Of a stretch of 64,000 nucleotides of DNA, positions 26,639 to 35,024 are shown piece by piece. The stretch covers positions 60,545 to 124,544 of the forward strand of contig CAWDUO010000005.1 of assembly GCA_963805475.1 (NCBI GenBank). The letters are read 5' to 3'. The DNA comes from an uncultured Solirubrobacterales bacterium (GTDB lineage Bacteria > Actinomycetota > Thermoleophilia > Solirubrobacterales > 70-9). Both the position numbers and the translations under genes were made by a program. Numbering within the stretch: the stretch's first letter is position 1; each line of letters begins with the position of its first letter. The notes below the pieces were generated by a model. The model was not told where the DNA came from. It worked only from the letters and a program-made list of their open reading frames with translations, and ran no database searches.

Positions 26639-28423
26639 CAGCCGCTCACGAACTCTTTCAGCTTGCCCTTCAGCGACTGTTTGACGATGCGGGCGCCGTT
26701 GGGGTCGCCTTTGACCAGGGCTTTCGCCATCGAGGTCGCCTGTTCGACTTTGATGTGCGGCGGCAGCGGCGGCACCTCGGGGTCGGTGATCGCCTCGATC
26801 AGGACCGGGCGCTCGGCGGCGAGCGCCTCGTCCCAGGCGCCGGCGACCTGGTCGGGATCGTCGACGCGGATGCCCTTCAGGCCGAGCAGCTCGGCGTAGC
26901 GCGCGTAGCCGAAGTCGGGGATCGTCTGCGAGGCCTCGAGTTTCGGGTCGCCGGTGAGCACGCGCTGCTCCCAGGTGACCTGGTTGAGGTCGTCGTTGTG
27001 CAGCACGAGGACGATCGTCTGCCTGTTCGGCCATTCCTCGTAGCGGTTGGCGATGTCGATCAGCGCGTTGATCCCGAGCATCTGCATCGCCCCGTCGCCG
27101 AGCGCCGCGATCACCGGCCGGTCGGGGTAGGCCATCTTCGCCGCGAAGGCGTAGGGGATGCCCGGGCCCATCGTCGCCAGCGTGCCCGAGAGCGCCGCCC
27201 GCATGCCCCTGCGCAGCTTCAGGTGGCGCGCCCACCAGTTCGTCGCCGAGCCCGAGTCGGCGGTCAGGATGCAGTCGTCGGGCAGGCGGGGAGAGAGCTC
27301 GTGGAAGACGCGCAGCGGGTTGAGCGGCGTCGCATCGATCATCGCCCGCGCGGAGAGGATCTCCTCCCACTTCTCCACTTCGCCTTCGATCTCCTCGCGC
27401 CAGGAGCGGTCCTGCTTGCGCTCCAGCTGGGGGATCAGCTCGCGCAGCGTGTCGCGCGCGTCGCCGATCAGGCCGACCTCCATCGGGTAGCGGATGCCGA
27501 CCAGGCGGCCGTCGATGTCGATCTGCACGCCGCGCGCCTGGCCCGGCTCGGGCAGCCACTCCGAGTAGGGGAAGCTCGAGCCGATCATCAGGAAGGTGTC
27601 GCAGCCGTCCATCATCTCGTAGCTCGGCTTCGAGCCGAGCAGGCCGATCGGGCCGGTCACGTAGGGCAGGTCGTCGGGCAGGACGTCGCGGCCGTTGAGC
27701 GCCTTGGCGACGCCGGCGCCGAGCAGCTCGGCGACCTGCTCGACCTCCTCCGCGGCCTGGCGGGCGCCGGCGCCGACGAGGATCGCGACCTTCTCGCCGC
27801 CGTTCAGCAGCTCGGCGGCGCGGCGCACCTCCCCGGCCGGCGGGATCACGCGCGAGGGCTTGGCGTCGGCGGACCCGGTGAAGACCGAGCCGTGGCTCAT
27901 CGGCGGGTCCTCGTAGTTCGGCCTCCTGCACGTCCTCGGGGAAGATCACGGCGGTGACCGAGCGGGAGGCGCGGGCGATCTGCACAGCGCGGTCGATCAG
28001 ATGGCGCGCCTGCGGCGGCGACATGCAGGTCTGGACGAACTCCGAGGCGACGTCCTTGAACAGCGTGTTGAGGTCGACCTCCTGCTGGTAGTTCGAGCCC
28101 AGCGAGGTCGTCTTCTGCTGGCCGATCAGCGCGACCACCGGCTGGTGGTCGAGCTTCGCGTCGTAGAGGCCGTTGAGCAGGTGGATCGCGCCGGGCCCGG
28201 AGGTCGCCATGCAGACGCCGACCTCGCCGGTCAGCTTGGCGTGCGCGCAGGCGGCGAAGGCGGCGATCTCCTCGTGGCGCGTCTGCACGAACTCGACCTC
28301 CTCGCCGTGCTCGTGAAAGCCGCCGAGGATGCCGTTGATGCCGTCGCCCGGATAGCCGTAGACCCGGCCCACCCCGTGCTCGTGGAGTCGTTTCAGTGCG
28401 AATGCGCCAACCGTTTCCGACAT
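26638..28423 (-). CDS. Thiamine-diphosphate enzyme, pyruvate oxidase/dehydrogenase (PoxB)-like; apparent +1 frameshift near 27916
   Basis: The N-terminal Pyr domain (GYPGDGINGIL...TRHEEIAAFAACAHAKLTG...ATSGPGAIHLLNGL) ends at ...FPEDVQEAE in one frame. YEDPPMSHGSVF... continues in the next frame, with the ThDP motif GDGAMQM...HNDDLN. Confidence 0.85.
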
Positions 28424-28523
28424 CGATCCTCTTCCCTTCGCTCGTCTCTCTCGGACTCGTCTGGGCTACCCGGATCGGCCGGCCGGAAAACGACTGCTAG
28501 GTGAAGGCGCGGGCAAAAAGGGA

Positions 28524-29760
28524 TCAGTAGCCCTCGGTGGCGTAGGGGTTGAGGAACTGCCGTGTGCCGGAAACCGGCGCGCTCGACCTCGGCTCAGCTC
28601 GGCTCGATCGCAGACGTCGGTCCCACGCGGCGCTCGATCGTCTCGATCTGGTGGTCGACTATCTCGCGGGCCTCGGCTTCGGAGAGCCCGTACTCCGATG
28701 CTCGGGCCACGCAGCCAGACGCCTGGCTCATCCGGTATCCATCCTTGCCGATCGCCATCAGCTGAGCGGTCTCGCCGCCGGTGCGGGCCTGCGGGCAGAT
28801 GTCATAGGCGGGGGTCAGAGTCAGCGACTGTCCGTCCCAAAAGGCTGCGTGGTTACGAGCGTGGTCGTCGGTGTTGCCGACCAGGACGTTGAAGACGATG
28901 CGGCCGAAGAGCTCGCGCAGGGTCTGTGTCGGCGTCGCTGAACCGGGCGCGGATCTGATCCGCGAGGTGGGCGTAGCTCGCGTACCGGGCACTCATCTCG
29001 TCCAGCTCGAGAATCGTCAGCGCCGAGACCATTGCCCGGCGGGCGCCTCCGCCGGGGCGGTCGAACCGCTCGATCAGCAGGGCGTCCTTCCCGAGCGCGT
29101 TCGTCAGCTTCACTCGGGCGGCGTCGAGACCCACGCGGCGTGCGAGCTCCATCGCGATGAACTCCCCCTTGACCACGGGAAAGGCGTCGGTGGTCGAGCT
29201 GAACTTCGCAATCAGCCGGCGCTCGCCGTCACGCAGCAGTGCCTTGGGCCGGGCTCCACCGACCGAGCTGCCGTGCAGGAGGGCCTGGTCGAGCGCCGGC
29301 GAGAGAGCCACCCCCTGCTCCACTCGTTCGGCCGACTGGGCGAGCTCGGCAAGCGTGGCTGTGCCGGCCTCGCGGGCGACGTACTCGTCGGCCGCCCTGG
29401 AAGTCGAGGGCCCCGATGCGGTCTGAGCCGGACTCGAGCAGGTAGGTCAGCAGGTTGAGCTCGGCCGTGTCTTCGGCGCCGCGTCCGACCCGAGCATTGA
29501 GGATGACCCGCTCGGCCCCAGGCGTCGGGCGCAGAGTCGGCGATGCATCCAGCTACTGGACCGACCGGCGGAGCCAGCGGCCCTCGCTGGAGCGGTAGCT
29601 CTGGCAGGAAGAGCGGAATGCGGTCCTCGCGGCTGAGATAACTCTGCCCATAGGTGAACGTGAGCACGCTTCCTTCCGGGTTCAGGCGGCCGGCGACGAC
29701 TGGCTCGGTGGCGCCGGGGAGCCAGACCCAGACGAAAGCCTGACCGGGCTCAGAAGTCAT
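28524..29760 (-). pseudogene. hipA: HipA-family serine/threonine kinase toxin, multiply frameshifted
   Basis: Pieces in successive frames: MTSEPGQAFVWVWL...DSAPDAWGR | RVILNAR...ALDFQ | AADEY...GGARPKALL...LIERFDR... | TLRELFGRIVFNVLVGNTDDHARNH... | ...RQFLNPYATEGY*. Confidence 0.8.
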
Positions 29761-30079
29761 CGTCGATCCTGGTCGGCTTGCGCACTCGGTCGGGCAGGGC
29801 GGCCAGCCGATCCTCGATCCGCGCCGCTTCGATTGCTCTGCGGGGGCGGTCGGCGTGGAACAGCGGCACCCCGGCAAGGGTCGCCGCCTCGAATGCGACC
29901 CCGAGGCCGACGCTGGGATCTCCGCGCTCGATCTTGCGCATCGTCACGTGGGTTATGCCGACGCGCTCGGCCAGCTCTTGGAGCGTCCAGCGGCGTTCGC
30001 GCCGCGCGACCGCGATCTGGCCGCCGAGCAGTTTCGCCGCCTCGATCGTGGAGGCCGAGAAGGGGTGCGTTCTCTTCAC
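29750..30079 (-). CDS. hipB: XRE-family HTH antitoxin (HipB-like)
   Basis: GTG start. RWTLQELAERVGITHVTMRKIERGD is the HTH. Overlaps the hipA start by 11 nt. Confidence 0.8.
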   Translation of the reverse strand: MKRTHPFSASTIEAAKLLGGQIAVARRERRWTLQELAERVGITHVTMRKIERGDPSVGLGVAFEAATLAGVPLFHADRPRRAIEAARIEDRLAALPDRVRKPTRIDDDF

Positions 30080-30084
30080 CCTTC

Positions 30085-30140
30085 AATGATATCTAAATAT
30101 CTATTGGAAGTTCAAAAGATAGTTAAATATCTTCCAAATA
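30085..30140. promoter_or_regulatory. A+T-rich repeat-containing region upstream of hipB (candidate operator/promoter)
   Basis: Direct repeat TAAATATCT at 30094-30102 and 30124-30132. Inverted repeat TTGGAAG (30104-30110) / CTTCCAA (30131-30137). Strikingly A+T-rich for this DNA. Confidence 0.4.
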
Positions 30141-30156
30141 CCCCGCCAGATGAGGG

Positions 30157-31125
30157 ATGCTTACCCGTGGAACGGGTAATGAACCAGGCGAGTTGACGAA
30201 CCTGGGTCCCATCGTCGCCACCGCGCTCGCCGCGGCTCTCTACACGCGGCGCAGCCGCGAGCTCGCCCGGCGCGGCAGGCCGATGCCCGCCTGGCGCCAG
30301 GCCTGCTTCTACCTCGGCCTCGCGGCGCTGCTGGCGGCGCTGATCTCGCCGCTCGACCGGATCGCCGAGACGCGGGTCTTCTACGCGCACATGATCCAGC
30401 ACCTGACGATCGGCGAACTGGCGCCGCTGCTGATCCTGCTCGGGCTCAGCGGCGCGATGCTGCGGCCGCTGCTCGCCCTGCCGCCGGCGCAGCGCCTGCG
30501 CTTCCTCGTCCTGCCGCTCGTCGCCCTGCCGATCTGGGCGATCAACCTCTATGCCTGGCACCTGCCGGCGCTCTACGAACTGGCGCTCGAAAACGAGCTC
30601 GTGCACTGGCTCGAGCACGGCATGTTCTTCGCCGCCGGGATGCTGATGTGGGGGGCGCTGATCGAGCCGATCCCGGGGCCCACCTGGTTCGGCTCCGGCG
30701 CCAAGGCGACCTACGTGCTGGCGGTGCGGGCGCTCGGCTGCGCGATCCTCGGCAACATCCTGATCTGGTCGGGCACGCCCCTGTACCCCGGCTACGCCGG
30801 AGGCGAGCGGATCTGGGGGATCTCGCCGCTGCGCGACCAGCAGATCGGCGGCGCGATCATGTTCATCTGGGGCGCCCTGATCACGATCGTCGTCTTCTCC
30901 TGGCTGTTCCTGCGCTGGCTGCGCGAGGCGGAGCTGCGCCAGTCCGCTGCTCGACGCCGGCGGCGACGAGCGGGCGGCCCTCAGGACCGCGCGCTACCGA
31001 CGGCGGTCTCCCGCTCGGCGCGCTGCTGCTCCGCCTCCACCGCCTCCATCCCCCTGAGGCCGAGGCAGACGCGCCAGGCTCCGAAGCCGATGACGATGGG
31101 CAGGATCCAGACCGCCACGCGGTAG
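30157..31125 (+). CDS. ctaG: Cytochrome c oxidase assembly factor CtaG (caa3_CtaG family); both ends uncertain
   Basis: Polytopic membrane protein with AHMIQHLTIGELAPLLILLG and EHGMFFAAGMLMW motifs. The last ~145 nt overlap the qcrB 3' end on the other strand. Confidence 0.7.
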   Translation: MLTRGTGNEPGELTNLGPIVATALAAALYTRRSRELARRGRPMPAWRQACFYLGLAALLAALISPLDRIAETRVFYAHMIQHLTIGELAPLLILLGLSGAMLRPLLALPPAQRLRFLVLPLVALPIWAINLYAWHLPALYELALENELVHWLEHGMFFAAGMLMWGALIEPIPGPTWFGSGAKATYVLAVRALGCAILGNILIWSGTPLYPGYAGGERIWGISPLRDQQIGGAIMFIWGALITIVVFSWLFLRWLREAELRQSAARRRRRRAGGPQDRALPTAVSRSARCCSASTASIPLRPRQTRQAPKPMTMGRIQTATR

Positions 31126-32343
31126 AACCAGACCTGGCTCATGTAGCCGATCCCGAGCCAGACCAGCATCCGGTCGGAGGCGCCGGCGAGGAAGATCATC
31201 ACCACCCAGGAGAGGAAGCCGGCGCCGATCGCGGTGCGCACCGGGGCGTCGCGCGGGCGCTGGAGCACGTTGTGGGTGCGCCGGTCGCCGGTCGCCCGCC
31301 GCTCCACCCAGGGCCAGGCGAGCAGCGCCCCCATGACCACGGTGGGGAAGAGGATGCCGCCCCAGAAGGGGTTCGGGACCAGGGTGCGGTTCCAGACGAC
31401 GACGTCGAAGCCGGGGACGAGCCGCAGGGCGCCGATCAGCCAGCCCAGGTACCAGTCGGGCTGCGCTCCGTTCGTCCCCTGGGAGACGTGGTAGGGGCCC
31501 CAGAGCCAGATCGGGTTGATCTGCACCAGCCCGCCGAGCAGCACCAGCGCCGCCGCGACGGCGAACAGCAGGCCGAGCGAGCGCGGCACCTGGGCCGGGA
31601 AGGCCGGCAGGCCGATCAGCCTGCGCTCGCCGGCGCACGCGCTCGCGCTTGAACTGCGTGTGGTGGCGCGAGGCGACGAGCGCCAGGTGGGCGGTCAGCA
31701 GGCCGCCGATCAGCAGCGGCAGCAGGAGGACGTGGGCGATGTACATGCGCGACCAGAGTTCCGGCCCGCCGGGGAACGGGTGGCCGAAGATCGCCAGCAT
31801 CAGGTTGGCGCCGACGAAGGGGATCGAGAGCCCGACCGCGTAGCCGATCGCCAGGCCCATGCCGGAGAGCAGGTCGTCGACCAGCGAGTAGCCGAGGTAG
31901 CCCTCGAGCAGGGCCGCGAACAGCATCAATATGCCGATGACATAGGTCAGCTCGCGCGGCTTGCGGTAGGCGCCGGTGAAGAAGACGCGGATCAGGTGCA
32001 GGACGATCGCCGCGACGAAGACGTCGGCGGCCCAGTGGTGGGTCTGGCGGATCAAGAGCCCGGCCTTGACGTCGAAGGAGATGTGCAGGACGGAGATGTA
32101 GGCCTTGCTGGCCTCGACGCCGTGCAGCGGCGTGTAGCTGCCTTCGTAGGTGTCCTTCGCGGTGCTCGGGTCGAAGAAGAAGGTCAGGTAGACGCCGGTC
32201 GCGACGAGCACGAGGAAGGCGTAGAGCGCCACCTCGCCGAGCAGGAAGGACCAGTGGTCGGGGAAGGCGTAGCGCAGCGTCCTGCGCAGCAGCGGCGCGG
32301 CGCCGCTGCGCTGGTCGAGGAAGCGGACAGTGCGGCGGATCAC
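30981..32343 (-). CDS. qcrB: Cytochrome bc1 complex cytochrome b subunit QcrB; apparent +1 frameshift in 31605-31650
   Basis: The N-terminal 240 aa (FPDHWSFLLGEVALY...RQTHHWAADVF...ASRHHTQFK) lie in one frame. ERRLIGLPAFPAQVPRSLGLLF...INPIWLWGPY...HNVLQRPRDAPVRTAIG lies in the next. Confidence 0.85.
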
Positions 32344-33233
32344 GCCGAGGGCCTCCGCGTGCGCACGCCCCAGAAGGCCGGTCCGACCGGTCCGGAGAGC
32401 TGGCCGGCGGCGCGCAGGTCGCCCTCCGAGTCGACCAGCAGCGGCAGCTGCGGCAGCGGCCGTCCCGCCGGGCCGAAGGTCACTTCGGCGCCGCGCGCCG
32501 GGTCGAAGGTCGAGTAGTGGCAGGGGCAGACCAGCGCCGGACCGGGCTCGGCGGCCGGGAACTTCGGGTCGCGGTAGAGGGCGATCGCGCAGCCGGCGTG
32601 GGTGCAGATCTTCGAGTAGGCGACGATCCCCTCCGGCGTCCAGCCCTTGCGCCCGGCCGGCATCTCCAGTTCGCCGGGGTCGAGCCGCACGACGACCAGC
32701 GGCGCCGCCAGCTCCTCGCGGTAGGCGTGCTCGGGGTAGGCGGTGTAGAAGGTCCTCTGCTCGATCTCCTCGGCGGCGTAGGGCTTGCCGTCCTCGTCGA
32801 CCAGGCGGCGGTCGCGGCGCCAGGGCGAGTAGTAGAAGGACTCGGTGTCGAGCAGCGGGCCGAAGGAGGCGGCGGGCACGACCAGCGCCGCCCCGAGCGC
32901 CGCCCCGGCCGCCCCCGCGGCGCCGATCAGCAGCCGCTTGCGGGTGAAGCGGTCGCCGCTCTCGGCGAGCAGCCGGTCGACCGCGTCCTGCTCGGCCGGG
33001 TGCTCGGCCGCCGGATAGTCCTCCTCGACCTCTTCGTCGGCCGCCGGGAAGAGCTTCTCGCCGGCGAGGATCAGCGCCGCGGCGAGCAGCGCCAGCGCGA
33101 CGCCGAGGCAGAGGCCCAGGTACTGGGTCAGGTGCGGCCAGTCGAGGGCATAGACGACGACGAACATCAGCGCGCAGGCGGCGGCGCCGAGCAGCAGCAG
33201 GGCGACGAGCAGCTCCGATCGCTCCCGCTTCAC
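32340..33233 (-). CDS. qcrA: Cytochrome bc1 complex Rieske iron-sulfur subunit QcrA
   Basis: Rieske motifs CTHAGC and CPCH, with N-terminal TM helices. 4-nt overlaps with qcrC and qcrB. Confidence 0.9.
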   Translation of the reverse strand: MKRERSELLVALLLLGAAACALMFVVVYALDWPHLTQYLGLCLGVALALLAAALILAGEKLFPAADEEVEEDYPAAEHPAEQDAVDRLLAESGDRFTRKRLLIGAAGAAGAALGAALVVPAASFGPLLDTESFYYSPWRRDRRLVDEDGKPYAAEEIEQRTFYTAYPEHAYREELAAPLVVVRLDPGELEMPAGRKGWTPEGIVAYSKICTHAGCAIALYRDPKFPAAEPGPALVCPCHYSTFDPARGAEVTFGPAGRPLPQLPLLVDSEGDLRAAGQLSGPVGPAFWGVRTRRPSA

Positions 33234-34054
33234 GTCTTCAGCCTGCTTCCGATCAGCACGCAGACGCCGGTCAGCGCGACCGCCGCGACCAGCCAGGCGA
33301 CCAGGCCCTCGGGGACGGGACCGAGGTGGCCGATGCCGAGCCCGCCCTCGTCTTCGGGGTGCTGGCTGGCGAGCACGTAGGCGACGATCTTGTTCAGGTC
33401 GGCGTCGCCGATCTGCGATTTGGGGAACTTCGGCATCAGGAAGGGCCCGATCCGCACCGCCTCGGCGATCTCGGTCGCGTTCGCATGCTGGAGCACCGGC
33501 ACCTTGGCGCCGCTCACGTAGCCGCCTTCGCCGACCACCTGGTGGCAGCCGGCGCAGTGCTCGGTGAACAGGGACATGCCTTCGGTAAGCGCGTGGTAGT
33601 CCGGCTTCGGGTCGGGGACTTCGGGGCCGCCGCCGAAGCTCGCCACGTAGGCGCTGATCGCGGCGATCTCACGCGGGTTGAACCAGGGGCGGCGCCGTTC
33701 GGGCTCTTCGCCGGCGTGGTTCAGCGGCATCCGCCCGGTGCGCAGGTAGAAGTCCGGCGCCAGCTCGCCGACCCCGCGCAGCGGCGGTCCCTGGGCGGTG
33801 GTGTCGCCGGCGCCGCGGTTGCTGGGGCGGGCGACGCCTTCGCCCATCGGGCCGTGGCAGCTGGCGCAGTTGGCGGCGAAGAGGCCGGCGCCGAGCCGGC
33901 GCTCGCTGATCCGCGAGCCGCCGGGAACGTGCACGATGCCGCTCGGCGGCTCGGCCTCCGCTGTTCCTTTTCCTCGTATAGCAGGGAAAAGGAACAGCGG
34001 AACGAGTATGGGGGCCAGGATCGCGACGGCGAGCATCTGCGTCCGCCGGCTCAT
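33230..34054 (-). CDS. qcrC: Dihaem cytochrome c subunit QcrC
   Basis: Two CxxCH motifs (CASCH, CAGCH), a C-terminal TM anchor and an N-terminal hydrophobic segment. The start overlaps the upstream stop (ATGA). Confidence 0.88.
   Translation of the reverse strand: MSRRTQMLAVAILAPILVPLFLFPAIRGKGTAEAEPPSGIVHVPGGSRISERRLGAGLFAANCASCHGPMGEGVARPSNRGAGDTTAQGPPLRGVGELAPDFYLRTGRMPLNHAGEEPERRRPWFNPREIAAISAYVASFGGGPEVPDPKPDYHALTEGMSLFTEHCAGCHQVVGEGGYVSGAKVPVLQHANATEIAEAVRIGPFLMPKFPKSQIGDADLNKIVAYVLASQHPEDEGGLGIGHLGPVPEGLVAWLVAAVALTGVCVLIGSRLKT
33957..34001. repeat. Family-A palindromic element inside the qcrC coding sequence
   Basis: TCCGCTGTTCCTTTTCC (33957-33973), 11-nt loop, GGAAAAGGAACAGCGGA (33985-34001). 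45 nt, translated as (V)PLFLFPAIRGKGTA(E) within qcrC. Confidence 0.85.
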
Positions 34055-34452
34055 GACTGGTTGCAGACGTGGTAGGTGAGGGCCCCGGAGGCGGTCATCG
34101 CGATCAGCACGAAGAACAGCGAGGAGACCGTCATCCCGACGACGCCGAGGAAGGCGATGCGGCCGGGCGGCGGCGCGTCCTTGTAGTCGCCGGTGCGGCG
34201 GAAGAGCCAGAGGGCGGTCAACCCGGCGGCGAGCGCGACCGACGCCGCTACGGCGCCGACGGCGATTCCCCAGACGGCGAGCGAGATGCCCCACATGCCG
34301 CCGGTCGGGCTGCACTCCGCCTCGGCCAGCCAGTAGCCGAGGCCGATCTGGAGCACGTAGGCGGCGGGAGCGCCGAGGACCGCGAACCAGAGCACCGGCG
34401 AGACCGGCGAGGAGGGCGGGATCCGCTCCGCTATCGGCTCCAGCGCCTTCAT
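34051..34452 (-). CDS. Small polytopic membrane protein between ctaE and qcrC (possible oxidase/supercomplex accessory subunit)
   Basis: 133 aa with 3-4 TM helices (VLWFAVLGAPAAYVLQIGLGYWL..., ISLAVWGIAVGAVAASVALAAGL...). ATGA overlaps on both sides. Confidence 0.6.
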   Translation of the reverse strand: MKALEPIAERIPPSSPVSPVLWFAVLGAPAAYVLQIGLGYWLAEAECSPTGGMWGISLAVWGIAVGAVAASVALAAGLTALWLFRRTGDYKDAPPPGRIAFLGVVGMTVSSLFFVLIAMTASGALTYHVCNQS

Positions 34453-35024
34453 AGCGACGGCGAGAGCTGGGTCAGCACGACGGCGACCGCCGCGAGGTTG
34501 ACGAAGTACCAGTAGAGCGCGGTCGCCCGCAGGGCGATCAGCCGGAAGCCGGTCAGGCCGCGCCAGAGCTTCCACAGCAGCCACGAGTCGAGCGCCAGGC
34601 CGACGGCGACGTGGGCGTGGTGGACGCCGAGCAGGGTGAAGTAGATCGAGGAGTAGGCGTTCTGCTGCGGGCTGAAGCTGTTCATGTCGGCGACGTAGAG
34701 GTGGATCTGCAGGCCGAGGTAGGCGGCCTGGATCGCGGCCGCCGCGGCCAGCAGCCACCAGGCGCGGCGCGCCCGGCCGCGCTTCGCCTCGCGCACCGAG
34801 AGGAAGACGGGCACGGTGGCCGCGAGGAGCCCGCCGGTGAAGACCAGGGGCAGCGTCGCCGAGGGCGCCTCGATCCCCCCGAGCGGCCACTCGCTCGCCT
34901 TGAAGCGCAGGTAGAAGTAGGTGGCGATCAGGCAGGCGAAGAAGGTCGCCTCGGTCGCGATCAGCAACGCCATCCCCCACCAGCCGCTCGGCTGCGCCCG
35001 CCGCCGCGCCGCCGCCGCCTCCAT
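34449..35024 (-). CDS. ctaE: Cytochrome c oxidase subunit III
   Basis: 191 aa. WWGMALLIATEATFFACLI...FTLLGVHHAHVAVGL...YWYFVNLAAVAV is typical of subunit III. Confidence 0.88.
   Translation of the reverse strand: MEAAAARRRAQPSGWWGMALLIATEATFFACLIATYFYLRFKASEWPLGGIEAPSATLPLVFTGGLLAATVPVFLSVREAKRGRARRAWWLLAAAAAIQAAYLGLQIHLYVADMNSFSPQQNAYSSIYFTLLGVHHAHVAVGLALDSWLLWKLWRGLTGFRLIALRATALYWYFVNLAAVAVVLTQLSPSL

Noticed and set aside
25523-28423. 966-aa ORF that looks like a ThDP-enzyme/enolase fusion.
   Set aside because: The middle of the translation is Arg/Pro junk. It is explained by a frameshifted PoxB-like gene whose wrong frame happens to run into the in-frame enolase-superfamily gene.
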